DNA of 31,885 bases from a virus. Lineage: Duplodnaviria > Caudoviricetes. Both the position numbers and the translations under genes were made by a program. Shown here piece by piece: positions 6,887 through 17,800 of the stretch. The stretch is from the IMG/VR virus record IMGVR_UViG_3300017778_005731, positions 1-31,885 of that record; one strand, written 5' to 3'. Under the pieces are notes generated by a model. That model was not told the origin of the DNA. It worked only from the letters and a program-made list of their open reading frames with translations, and did not search any database. Each line of letters opens with the position of its first letter. Within the stretch, counting starts at the first letter, position 1.

Positions 6887-7322
6887 GTCAATAGCACTAG
6901 ACACACACTTATTAACTTCTCAAACACAATAAGAATCTCAAACACATAGGCAGCTCAGATGCAAATAAATTTATTAAATTATTTTTGCATTGCATCAGCT
7001 TCAGATGACGCGCAGCTGGGAAGCTGAAGAAGCAAAGAAATTTAGGAAACGATTTCATCAGAGTCCCGTATATAGCGCAGCCGTCTTGCAGGCCAAATCC
7101 AAATAAAGTAACTGTTCACTCTTTCTGTCAAATCGTTCAATAATGACCGACCTCAAGTAGTTATAAAATAAAGTAACCGAAAGGGTAACTTCTTGTCCTA
7201 CTCCTCCGATCCATATGCCCATCTATGGACCTGCGACTGGTGTAAAAAACATTATGTAGTTCCGCAACTTGCCAGGGACTGCGAGGATAAACACTTAAAA
7301 GAAAACTCTGTACAATGGGACA

Positions 7323-7793
7323 ATGAAGTCGCTACCTGATTACGAAATTAAGTATCTAAATGCGTTTCCCTACCCGCCCACGCGCCGCCTAGCAACCCTT
7401 CGGGCAAAAGGGTGGTCTCTGTCTGTTCTTGGTAAGGCGCTAAACCCTCCACGTTCTAAAGCTACTATCCATAATTGGACTGCAAACGAGGGAATTTTTG
7501 ATTTTACAGAGCCAATCCCGCTTCCTGAAAAAAACCCACTTCCAGCCCATTCCCTGGCTCCTCTAGTTCCTTTAGAAACTATTCCTGAACTTCAGCGACT
7601 AGCCCCTCTAGCCCAGAGATACCGCTCCAGAACCCCTAAAACTTCAATTTATGCCGAATCTAACGAGAAATTAACAGAATTAGTGGTTTCGTTATATCTA
7701 AGAGGTGTCCCAGTTAGTGCTATTGCAAAGGCAACACAGGTCTCTAATCGGGCAATGTACCGTAGAGTCAACAGAGGATTAGGAAAACTTTAA
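7323..7793 (+). CDS. double helix-turn-helix protein, paralog of 830..1405
   Basis: LRAKGWSLSVLG...TIHNW and RGVPVSAIAKATQVSNRAMYRR; TACAAT -10 box 6 nt before the ATG suggests a leaderless mRNA. Confidence 0.75.
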   Translation: MKSLPDYEIKYLNAFPYPPTRRLATLRAKGWSLSVLGKALNPPRSKATIHNWTANEGIFDFTEPIPLPEKNPLPAHSLAPLVPLETIPELQRLAPLAQRYRSRTPKTSIYAESNEKLTELVVSLYLRGVPVSAIAKATQVSNRAMYRRVNRGLGKL

Positions 7794-7794
7794 T

Positions 7795-8103
7795 ATGACA
7801 GATGATAGAGCCCAAGTTTGCGTATTTTGGTATAACGCTGACCGTAAAACCAACCCACAGTCTAGATATTTGCAAGCTCTTTCAACAGACTCTAGGCCAA
7901 TTACCCCTTTATCTTTTGATGTTACTGATTTAAGCGGTTTAGATGCCTTTAAAAACGCTATTTTTGTCACTTCAGAGGCAGATTTATTTAAAAATCTACC
8001 TATTTCTAGTAGAAAAGTTCCACTTATTATGCCAACCCACATCGCCCGCCAACTTCTGGGGTGGCAGAACTTTGTCCCAACTCCAGCCCCAGAAACCCTA
8101 TGA
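7795..8103 (+). CDS. hypothetical protein
   Basis: 102-aa ORF tightly packed in the operon. Confidence 0.65.
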   Translation: MTDDRAQVCVFWYNADRKTNPQSRYLQALSTDSRPITPLSFDVTDLSGLDAFKNAIFVTSEADLFKNLPISSRKVPLIMPTHIARQLLGWQNFVPTPAPETL

Positions 8104-8495
8104 AAATGGCAGAAAATAAGCCAGCACGAACTTTTGACATATTTCCAGCAAATGTTGTTATCTGTCCTCAAAACTCTGCTGACTCACTTGATCCAGAAAG
8201 TGTTACAGCATCAAGGCATCACGGGGTTGCAGGGGCAAAATACATAGAAACAGCCAGAGTTATTGCATCTTCGGGCATTATTTACATAGGCGTTGACTCA
8301 TCTGCAGGTCCGGTTACAGTTTTTAGCGAGACTTTTACTCAGCAAAACAGTGAAACCAACTCTATTACCCGTTTTGTTACAGAATCTGGAAAAATTATTG
8401 CCGCCTCAAAAGACAGGGGTTGTGGGTGTGGCTCGCGTCTAAAGAACTGGTCTCCGATAACCTCTTTAAATAGGGCAAACCGAAGGGACACCTAA
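8100..8495 (+). CDS. hypothetical protein with a C-terminal GCGCGS motif
   Basis: Likely start at the ATGA overlap at 8100 (track gives 8061); TAATG coupling to the next gene. Confidence 0.7.
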   Translation: MKMAENKPARTFDIFPANVVICPQNSADSLDPESVTASRHHGVAGAKYIETARVIASSGIIYIGVDSSAGPVTVFSETFTQQNSETNSITRFVTESGKIIAASKDRGCGCGSRLKNWSPITSLNRANRRDT

Positions 8496-8791
8496 TGTCT
8501 GACATTAGTTTTATTACTTTTACTATTCTTGCACTAGCAACGTATCGCGTTACTAGATTTCTAACAACAGATCATCTCTTTAACGGTCCGCGGGAAAAGA
8601 TTTTTAATCGGTTCAATCCATCCGAGACAAAGATTGGATACCTATTCACTTGCGAGTGGTGTATGAGCATCTGGGTAGGATTAGGGTTTGTTTTTTGGTA
8701 TACAATTAGTCAAGAAATTACTTGCTTTTTTGCGATAGCTTTTGCTCTGTCTGCAGTAGCAAGTTTGTTGTCCGCATATGAGAATAATTAA
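8495..8791 (+). CDS. DUF1360-like membrane protein
   Basis: LALATYRVTRFLTTD...GYLFTCEWCMSIWVG pattern. Confidence 0.8.
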   Translation: MSDISFITFTILALATYRVTRFLTTDHLFNGPREKIFNRFNPSETKIGYLFTCEWCMSIWVGLGFVFWYTISQEITCFFAIAFALSAVASLLSAYENN

Positions 8792-8834
8792 ATGCTCATC
8801 TCATATTCCGCAGCGTTAACGACAAGGAGAAATA

Positions 8835-10883
8835 GTGGGCGTATTTAGCCGAGATACTGCAGAACCAACGCGTTCTACACGGCCTACTGCTGGTTCCTTA
8901 GGAGCATTCGTTTCACCACAGGGGCAAGTGCAAGCACTCCCTTACACCGCTATACGTTCTCTCACCGCTGCTGCAACTCAAATTCGGGTAGGCGACAAGG
9001 CAGAATTTGAACAGTTTAAGAGTCGTCGCTCTGCAAACTCTTCTGCATGGCAGTCCGAGGCCTGGGAATATTACGACGCAATTGGCGAAATAAAATACGC
9101 ATTTAATCTTGTTGCAAGTGTTATCTCACGTATCCGAATTTACGCGGCTGTTGTAGAAAATCCTGCAGAAGCCCCTACATCAGTTCGCACAACAGCCAAC
9201 ATTGATCCAAGTCTTGCTTCTGCTGCCGAACGCGCATTAAGTCGTCTTGATTCCGCTTACGGTGGTCAGGCTGGACTTTTGCGCGATGCTGCTCTCAATC
9301 TTTCTGTTGCTGGCGAGTGCTACCTAGTACAGGTTCCAGAACGTCCAGGATACGGAATTCCAGAATCTTGGGATATTAAATCTGTAGACGAAGTTCTTGC
9401 TGGACAAAAAGGTGGCTACAGCCTTATTGGCCGCCGCGAACAGTCAACAAGCACTGGTTACAGCGGTGGCAACGGTGGACAGGGGATGCAACTTAACAAC
9501 AACGCTTTTGTTGGTCGCATTTGGCGAGCACACCCACGCTATTCAGATGAAGCAGACTCATCACTGCGCGGTCTGCTAGATCTTTGCGCCGAACTTCTAC
9601 TTCTTAACCGTACTTTCCGCGCAACTGCGCGTTCACGCCTAAACGCTGGCGCTTTATATATTCCAGATGGCTTAGCAGTTTCCTCTGGCGCAGCTCCTGA
9701 CTACCCTTACGCAGATGACTCTGATTTAGATCCAGCAATACTTGCTGAAGAACAGCAAGATGATTTTGAAGAGCAACTTATCGACGCAATGACAACTCCT
9801 ATTAAGGATGAGGATTCAGCAAGCGCAGTTGTTCCACTTATTATTCGTGGTCCTGCAGAACTTGGCGATGCTATCAAGCAGTTCAAGTTTGAGCGTTCTT
9901 TTGATGCAACTCTTGTTCAGCGTGCTGATCGCGTTCTAGAACGTATTCTGCAAGGCATAGATGTGCCTAAGGACATTGTTACCGGTCTTGCTAATGTCAA
10001 GTACTCAAATGCGCTACAAATCGATGAGACGCTTTACAAGACTCATATCGAACCTCTTATGCTTTTGATTGCAGACGCACTTACTGTTGTCTACTTACGT
10101 CCTTACTTAATCGCTAACGGATACTCAGAGAGTGAAGTAAGCAAACTTGTTGTTTGGTATGACCCATCAGCAATCTCAACTCGCAATGACCGCGCCTCTG
10201 ATGCTGATTCAGGTTTCGAGAAGATGGCAATCTCGCTGGCTACTTGGCGACACACTCACGGTTTCTCTGAATCAGATGCGCCAACCCCAGAAGAACTTGC
10301 TATCCGTATGATCTTTGAAAAGGGCGCTATCACCCCTGAACTTACACAAGCTGTTCTTTCTGCTCTTTCTCCAGAATTTATGGATCGCGTTCAAGGCGCT
10401 CAGCAAGAAGCTTCAGTTGCTCCGCTTCCACAAAATGTTATTGATGCTCTAGACGGTAATATTCCTGAAGCGCCAGTTACAGCTGCCGCTGGAGATGCTT
10501 GTCCTCCAGCAACTCAAGACATTGTTATTAATTTAGATAACCGTAAAAAGGCTATTGACCAAGCAATGTACGGTCCGCTAAATCCTGGCGAACCAAACGA
10601 AGAGTACTGGACAGAACTAGGCCAAGAGTGGAATGTTTCTGCTGAAGAAGCCAAGAAGCAACGTTGCGGTAACTGCGCTGTATTCATTCAAACTCCTTCA
10701 ATGATGAGTTGCATTGAAAGCGGTCTCACAGACAACACGGATGAGTTTGACGCAATTGATGCTGCTGGCGAATTAGGTTACTGCGAAATCTTTGACTTCA
10801 AGTGTGCCTCGGCGCGGACTTGTCGCGCTTGGGTTGCTGGCGGCCCCGTAACGGAAGAAAGTGAAAGTAAAAATAATGTCTAA
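8835..10883 (+). CDS. portal protein with an appended Cys-rich C-terminal domain
   Basis: WQSEAWEYYDAIGEIKYA, NLSVAGECYLV, RIWRAHPR...ADS and SAVVPLII are actinophage portal-type motifs; first gene of the head module; RBS AAGGAG. Confidence 0.88.
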   Translation: MGVFSRDTAEPTRSTRPTAGSLGAFVSPQGQVQALPYTAIRSLTAAATQIRVGDKAEFEQFKSRRSANSSAWQSEAWEYYDAIGEIKYAFNLVASVISRIRIYAAVVENPAEAPTSVRTTANIDPSLASAAERALSRLDSAYGGQAGLLRDAALNLSVAGECYLVQVPERPGYGIPESWDIKSVDEVLAGQKGGYSLIGRREQSTSTGYSGGNGGQGMQLNNNAFVGRIWRAHPRYSDEADSSLRGLLDLCAELLLLNRTFRATARSRLNAGALYIPDGLAVSSGAAPDYPYADDSDLDPAILAEEQQDDFEEQLIDAMTTPIKDEDSASAVVPLIIRGPAELGDAIKQFKFERSFDATLVQRADRVLERILQGIDVPKDIVTGLANVKYSNALQIDETLYKTHIEPLMLLIADALTVVYLRPYLIANGYSESEVSKLVVWYDPSAISTRNDRASDADSGFEKMAISLATWRHTHGFSESDAPTPEELAIRMIFEKGAITPELTQAVLSALSPEFMDRVQGAQQEASVAPLPQNVIDALDGNIPEAPVTAAAGDACPPATQDIVINLDNRKKAIDQAMYGPLNPGEPNEEYWTELGQEWNVSAEEAKKQRCGNCAVFIQTPSMMSCIESGLTDNTDEFDAIDAAGELGYCEIFDFKCASARTCRAWVAGGPVTEESESKNNV

Positions 10884-11895
10884 TGAAGATTTAGATACTT
10901 TTGCTAAAGGTAAGAGAACCGTTTCCCAGACTCCTGCCCCAAAGAAGGATCGGATTTATGGATCAAACAAAAACAAAAAAGGATCTGCTTCTTCTGGCAA
11001 GTCTGGCGCGGTTAAGTTCTCAGCAAAAACTGAAAACTCGCTTAAGAAAAAGGTTAGCGAACATAATGAGAAAGCTCGTGAAGGTCGCAAAGTAACTTTA
11101 GGGATGCTTAAGGCTGTTTACCGCAGAGGTGCTGGAGCGTTTTCTGGAAGTCACCGCCCAGGGATGGGCCGCGACCAATGGGCTATGGCTCGTGTTAACG
11201 CTTTTTTAAAACTTGTTAAAAGCGGAAAGCCGTCCAACCCTAACTACAAAACTGATAACGACCTACTACCTGCATCACACCCTAGAAGCACTAAAAAATC
11301 ATCTTCTAGCGAGTCTTTGGTTGCTTCGGCAAACCTTGTTCCTGAAGAGCAGGATTTGGCTGAAGCACTTTTAGACATTGTTGCTAAGCACGGAAAGTTT
11401 AACGAAGATCAAATCGGAGTTTGGGCAGGTTACACTCCTGCAGCCGAAAATGAAGTTGCTTCTATTGGTGTTAAGTGCGCCAACTGCGTTTTCTACCAAG
11501 GCGGAGAACTTTGCGCAATTATATCTCTACCAGTTGAGCCAGAAGGTAAGTGCCGTTTTGCAGTTCTACCTGAAGGCGCTGTAAATGATGACGCTGTTAT
11601 TGAATACGAGAGAGCAAATCTTAAGCAAGATATTGATGACATTTATTACGAACAAGAACTTTCAGTTTCTGTAGAAGATATAGAAAACTATGAGTCACCA
11701 GAGAAAGCTATTCTTGCTTTAGCAGAGTTCTCCGGTCTTGGATATGAAATAATTGATTCCTTACGAGCATCTTGGCTTCGAGGTGTAAAAAACGGCGATG
11801 ATCCATATAGCCGTGCTAGAAATCTGGCAGAATTAGGTTATAAGAGTGTTGATGCTGATCTGCTTCCTACCTTTGAGAAGGGTTCTTATTCGTGA
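10876..11895 (+). CDS. head-module protein: basic DUF5824-like domain plus HiPIP-like Cys4 domain
   Basis: LKAVYRRGAGAFSGSHRPG...QWAMARVNAF; CANCVFY-C-GKC; start 10876 (ATG) or 10861. Confidence 0.7.
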   Translation: MSNEDLDTFAKGKRTVSQTPAPKKDRIYGSNKNKKGSASSGKSGAVKFSAKTENSLKKKVSEHNEKAREGRKVTLGMLKAVYRRGAGAFSGSHRPGMGRDQWAMARVNAFLKLVKSGKPSNPNYKTDNDLLPASHPRSTKKSSSSESLVASANLVPEEQDLAEALLDIVAKHGKFNEDQIGVWAGYTPAAENEVASIGVKCANCVFYQGGELCAIISLPVEPEGKCRFAVLPEGAVNDDAVIEYERANLKQDIDDIYYEQELSVSVEDIENYESPEKAILALAEFSGLGYEIIDSLRASWLRGVKNGDDPYSRARNLAELGYKSVDADLLPTFEKGSYS

Positions 11896-14800
11896 GTAAT
11901 AATAGAGATTCAGTTATGTCTCAAGTAAAACTAATTCAGTTGCAGGTTTTTGCTGCTATTGAAGAGGCAAACGCTGGTGTTCCCTTTGAGCGTCGCGTAA
12001 CTCCTGGCTCTGCTCTTACTGTTGTTAAGCGTTCCCTAAACTCAACTCGCAGTCTGCCTTTTGAGGTACGCGAGTTTCACGCAATGCGAGAACTTTCTGC
12101 CTTTATTAATCTTGTTCAGAAAAACAAGTTTAGTGACACTTTTACTAATCACACTGATCTTTTAATTGTTGCTCACCCCTCTTCTACTCGCAATCACGGG
12201 TTAGCCGCTTCTGCGCTCTCTAAAGCAAGGCTGCGATGGATTCTCTCTGATGCTCGTATCTCTGAACAGGCTCTCCCTTTACTTGCTTCCGTATATACTT
12301 CTTCTGAAACATCCGCAGAGTATAGATATGCAGTAGTTCGTCTTGCCTCTCTGCCTAGAGGTTCTTACCCATTAGAAGCACTAACTGCAGCTTTTGGCGA
12401 TGGAAACTCTAGACTTGCTCGCAGCGCTCGTGCAATGCTCCAGCGCCGTGACCGCAAGGGCCGCTTCGCGTTCCAAGGCGGCGGTGCAAGTGCATTAGTT
12501 GAGCGTGCAAATGGTCAAGTACAACGCCTCACAGGCCGCGTTGTGTCGCAAGGCGAAAACGGAGACACCGTACGTATTCAGCTTCCTAACGGTCGTTTAG
12601 TAGATATTCCTACAGATGGCGCAGAATTTATTAAGGCTGTTATTGGAAAGAATAAAGATGGCTTTAGTGGCGTTAAGGCTGACTACAAAGCTGGCGACAT
12701 TATTCTTAACGAAGAAGATTTACAATTCTTTGATGCTCCTCATGGGTTTCGCAAAGACGAGGATTACAACGGACCTGGTGTTAAGTTCACTGATGATGAA
12801 TACGATGTTGTAAAAAATGGCAAAGACTTTGCTATTGCTCGCCGCGACAATGGGTTAGGAGTAGGTAATGCAGATAACTGGGCTGATGCCCAGAAGATGA
12901 TTTACGATGATGAGCCTATTGCTGATGCTTCAGCCGGCCGCGAACCTATTGCTCGTTTGACTCAAGAGCAAATTGACAGAATGTACGACGATCCTAATTT
13001 TGACCCTAAAGATATTCTTACCCCTGGAGGGGCTGTCTCTGATGAAAGTGCTGGTCAAGACGAAACACCTGAAGCAGGTGAGTTTAAATACAACTACCCT
13101 GAGGGCGCGTATCAACTTCCTCTAGATGTTAAGTATGCTGACGGATTTTTTGACCCAGCAAATGACAGCAGTGATTTTACCGATGACCCTAAAGAACTTG
13201 CTCAGAAGTTTTCTAGTGAGGCTTTGGTTAGTGCTCTTCGTAAAGGCCTGCTCCCTGGTGATGGTAGCAAGGCTAATGGCGAAGGTGTCCTGCAGTTTAA
13301 AAATAAAGAACCAATCCCTGTTGAAGCGTTATATCTTGCTCTTGAAGAAAAAGGCAACAACGCAAAACTTGAAGTAGCAAAAATTTATGATGCTGCCAAC
13401 GGCGACAAAAAGAATCAAGAATCCTTAGCTCGTCTAGAGGTTAAGCCTATCCCGTCCAAAATCGATGGTTCTTATGTGGACTCAGAGGGAGTTCGTCGCC
13501 CATGGAACTACGAACCTGACACTAAAATTACTCAGGGGACTCCTGCTTCAAAAACTCCTCTAGAAGAATCTACAAAAGTAGCACTTCTAGGACCTGGACC
13601 TGTCACAGAAGAAGAAGTTGCAGTAGAAGTTGCACGTCGCAAGGCATTGACTCCGACAATGATTACGGACTCCAAAGGTAACTTGGTTTATAAGAGTTCT
13701 TACAATGACCCTGACCCAGATGTTGTTCGTGAGCAACTTAAAGAATTAAAAGCTTCGCGAGCTAAAGCAACAGATGATACTCCCACACCAGACGTTTCAG
13801 AATTAGAAGAGCAACCAACAGAACCTCCTGCAGCGCCTATGCGCAAGGGTCAGGTTTCTCCTGCCGGTGATTGGCAGTGGTATCCAGCAATTGGTATGGG
13901 CGGCCAAAGGCTAGAAGGCTTCTGGGGAAGAACAGAAAAAGGCATTGCAAAACTTCCACCTAAAGAAGCAAAGGCTCCTTATGTTCCTCGAGAGCCTGTT
14001 CTTCCAGATGAAATCGGCGGTGGCTGGGAACCAGGTAATGATTTAGACTACGTGGGCAAAGGACCTGTCTACGAAAAAACAATTGACGGTGTTACCTATA
14101 GGTTTATTCAAAACTCTGATGGCGCTTGGGATGTTGTTGAGATGCGCGGCGGGGAACGCTACAACGTTGGCGGACCTAACCAAGTAGATATTGCTGACCC
14201 TGCCGTTTTTGATGACAAAATTGCTCAGATTGTTGATGCTAAGCAGAAGTTAAATCGTAATGCTGTTAAGGAACTTCTTAGCCAGTGGGGGTTTGACAAA
14301 GAAGTTATAGATTTAATTGATGAAGCCGACGCATATGAGATTCTTGCTGCTGTCACGGCTGACCCTGCATATGCTGATCTACAAGCCAAGCATGAAAGAT
14401 TCTTAGCTGGAGAACAAAATGCTCCTTTCCGCGCTGAATCAAAAGCCTTCTTAGATATCAACAGTAACCTCGACAAAATCAGGGACAACTATGTTCCTGA
14501 TGATGAGCCAGATATTGCCGACACTGTTTCCGATGTTAGAGGCGGTATCCCAACTTCCTCAGAGATTCAGAGAATGCTTGATGGCGAAGATATTGGTTCT
14601 GAAGATGAGATTTCTGGAGATGCTCCCTCTGAGGTGCTACCTAGAGCTAAAGCAGTACCTGGAGAAAAGAAAGAACAAGATCCAGAAAAGCGAAACGATA
14701 TTCTAGAAGAACTTAATGTTTTTGCTGAACGCGCTAACAAAGCCTCAGACTTGATGGATCAACTTCTTGGTAACTCGGATTTAGATGAAGGTATGGACAC

Positions 14801-17800
14801 CAACCGCGCTCTTAGCGCCGGCGCATCCGTAAATCTTGCCGAAGATATGTTAGCCGAAGCTATGGTCAGTGTTGACGATCCTTCTGTTCTTGATAACAAT
14901 ATTCAACAGGCTGGATGGCACTTAACACAAGCCATTGCTACCCTTGCCGATGTTGATCTCCCTGAAGCTCAAGGAGTTCGCAGCGAGATTCTAGAACTTC
15001 GTAATGAACTTGAAACCTACCGTGGCAATCTTGAAGCAGAACTTAAAAAAGATAAAATATCTATTGATAAACTTGTTAAGCACATGCTTGTCGATCAACA
15101 CTCAGAGATTAAAGTTGAAGACATAAACCCTCTTGTTGATGGCGACAAAGAAGAAACTCCAGAAGTTCCTGCAGAAGCCCCCGTAGAAGCTCCGGCAACT
15201 GGTAGACCTCGCCGTGTGCGAAACAACAATGTTGCTGCTAATCGTCGTTGGCAAGCCCGCTTCGGAATCAAACCACCCGTGTTCTACAAAAAGAACCGTG
15301 GAATGTTCTACGACATCAATGGCGTGCCAATAAATGTTGGCGATAAGGTGACTCACAATAATCCTGACAAGGATGAGAAATACGGCGAAGGCGTAATCAT
15401 TTCCCGTATCCCAAATCTAGGTCGCTGGCGCTTAGGCAGAGCCGGAGAACAAGTCAAGGTTGATTACGCTTCTTATGTTTGGGTTCAGTTCGCTAACGGT
15501 AAAAAAGCAAAACTTGCAACTCGTATGCTTATCAACAAAAATCCTGATTCTGTTGAGAATCCAGCTAACGTAGTTAAGCCTGTACTTGATGCTGAAATGC
15601 CGCCACCAGATGTTTATATTGATGACTGGAAGAAGTTTGGCAAGGCTCTTGAAGAATTTGGCGTTGAGCCAGGCAAAGATGCTCGCGGTAACGATGGGTT
15701 CCAGGCAGATGCTGGTAACGCTCAGCAAATGGTTATTTCTAAAGATGCTGATGGTGACTATGCCGTCTATCTAAAAGAAGAAAACATCTGGCGTAACCGT
15801 CAGGTAGAGCCTTTGTTTGTTTCTAAGAATCTTCCAGAAGCTGCTAACTACTTTATTGCTGAAGTTCATAATCGTCGCTACCAGACTGACTTCCCAGCCA
15901 ACCCAGTATGGGCGGGCGAGAAAGCACCTACAGCAGTTCCTAATCCAGAAACTAATGTTGTTGAAGTTCCTGAAGCCGGTTCTGTAAGTAATGCCGGTAT
16001 GCCTAGTGTTGTTAACCTTGACACCAGTGGCAAGTTTGAAGATCTACAAAAGCAAATTCAAGATGCTATTGATAGTGGTCAAAAGATTGCATTCAACTAC
16101 AAGGGTGAAGACCGTCTAGTCACCCCTAAGCGCATTTGGACTAACCCTAAGAATGGCAACATTAATCTTGATGCTGTTGGTGAAGATGGTTTCAAGGTCT
16201 ACACCATTGTAAATATGGAAAACCCTGATAGTCCTGTTGAACCAACTCCTATTCCTGAACCAACTCCTATTCCTGAAGATGTTGCTCCTCAGGCAAGCGA
16301 TAAGCCTTTCCTAGAAGCAGTTCCTCTTGAAGATCAAATGGCTAACGCTAAAAAAGATTATGAAAATTTAGGCAATGAAATTGTTGACAAGGCTGTAGAT
16401 GGCTTAGGCGAAAGCAACTCAGAGGTTGCTGAACTCTATAAACTCCGCGATGAGGCATTAAATAAAATAGTTAACCTTAATAAGCAGATCAAAGAACGCG
16501 ATGCAACCCCTTCTCGTGATCCTCAAGAGCGTATGGATGCACTTAAGGATGAGTATAAGGCTCTTGGTAACGAAATCCTTGACCTTGAAATTAGTACCAG
16601 TCCTGACCGCGAGGCCATCTCTAAAAAGCAAGACCGCATGGCCGAGATTGTAAAGCAAATGGAGCCACTTCGCGCAGAAGTCAACAAGGATGTAGTTCCT
16701 GTAGCTGACGAACCTAAGGCAGACAATCAAGATCCAGATGCAGCCCGCGCCAAGCAACTTGAAGATATTGTTGCAGAATTTAACGACACTCCTGAAAACG
16801 CTGAGCAAGATTTTGAAATCATCAATAATGATGGAAAATCTGTGAGTGTCTTTGATTCTAGGACTGGTAGACAATTTGAAATTTCTTGGGACGAAAATGC
16901 TAACATTTGGGCTAGTAACCCTGTAGGTTTTGAAAGAAATGTGGATCGTAAATTCTCTCCTAGTTTAAATGAAGCAGTAGATACTGCTGTTACAGATTTA
17001 AGCAAAGAACGCGAAGGTGTAGATAAGTTCAAAGACTTCAAAGAATATGTTGATGGTCTTGTCAATGAACCAGAATTCCAAAAGGAATACGACTTTAATG
17101 ACTTAGGTGGAGATGGAATTCTTCGCGTTCAAGATAAGAACAACAAGAATCAAGCAAATATTGAATGGGATGAGGATGCTCAAGGATACGGAGTTGACTT
17201 CCGTCCACTTGATTTAGGCAAAAAGGAAGTCTTTGCAGACATTCAAGAAGCCGGTCAATACGCTATGGATGTTCTAGACAAGAAACGGGACATTCCAAGG
17301 CCTGGAAAGCTGATGGTAGAGGCAGCAGAAAAAGAACTTCTTGAAGGAGCACCGCCTGTTGTTAAAGGCGATGCTTTTGATAAATTAGATGATGGAAATG
17401 CAGTAGCAGATTTGTTAGGCGCACTTGGAGCCAAACTTCCTAAATTCCGAAATACTCGCGGGGAAAGGAATGCTCGCTGGGCACATCGCTATATTGATGA
17501 AGCCGCTGCGGAATTCCGTACACAGTCTATTGACAAGGCTGGTATATCCGAACTAAATCAGGCTCTTTCATATGCAATCCGTATTCCTGGAACCGAACTA
17601 AGAGATTCTGTTGTATCTGAGATTAAAAGACTTCAGGAAAATCTCGTTGTTAAACGTGAAGTGCTTAAGCAAAGACGTATTGTAAAGCTCAATAAAAGGT
17701 ATGAAAACTCTCTTCCAAAAGGTTTAGTACCTACTAACCCTGCTGATCTTGATATAGAAAAAGCCTTGGCAATTGCTAAAGAATTTCTAGAAATACTTCC

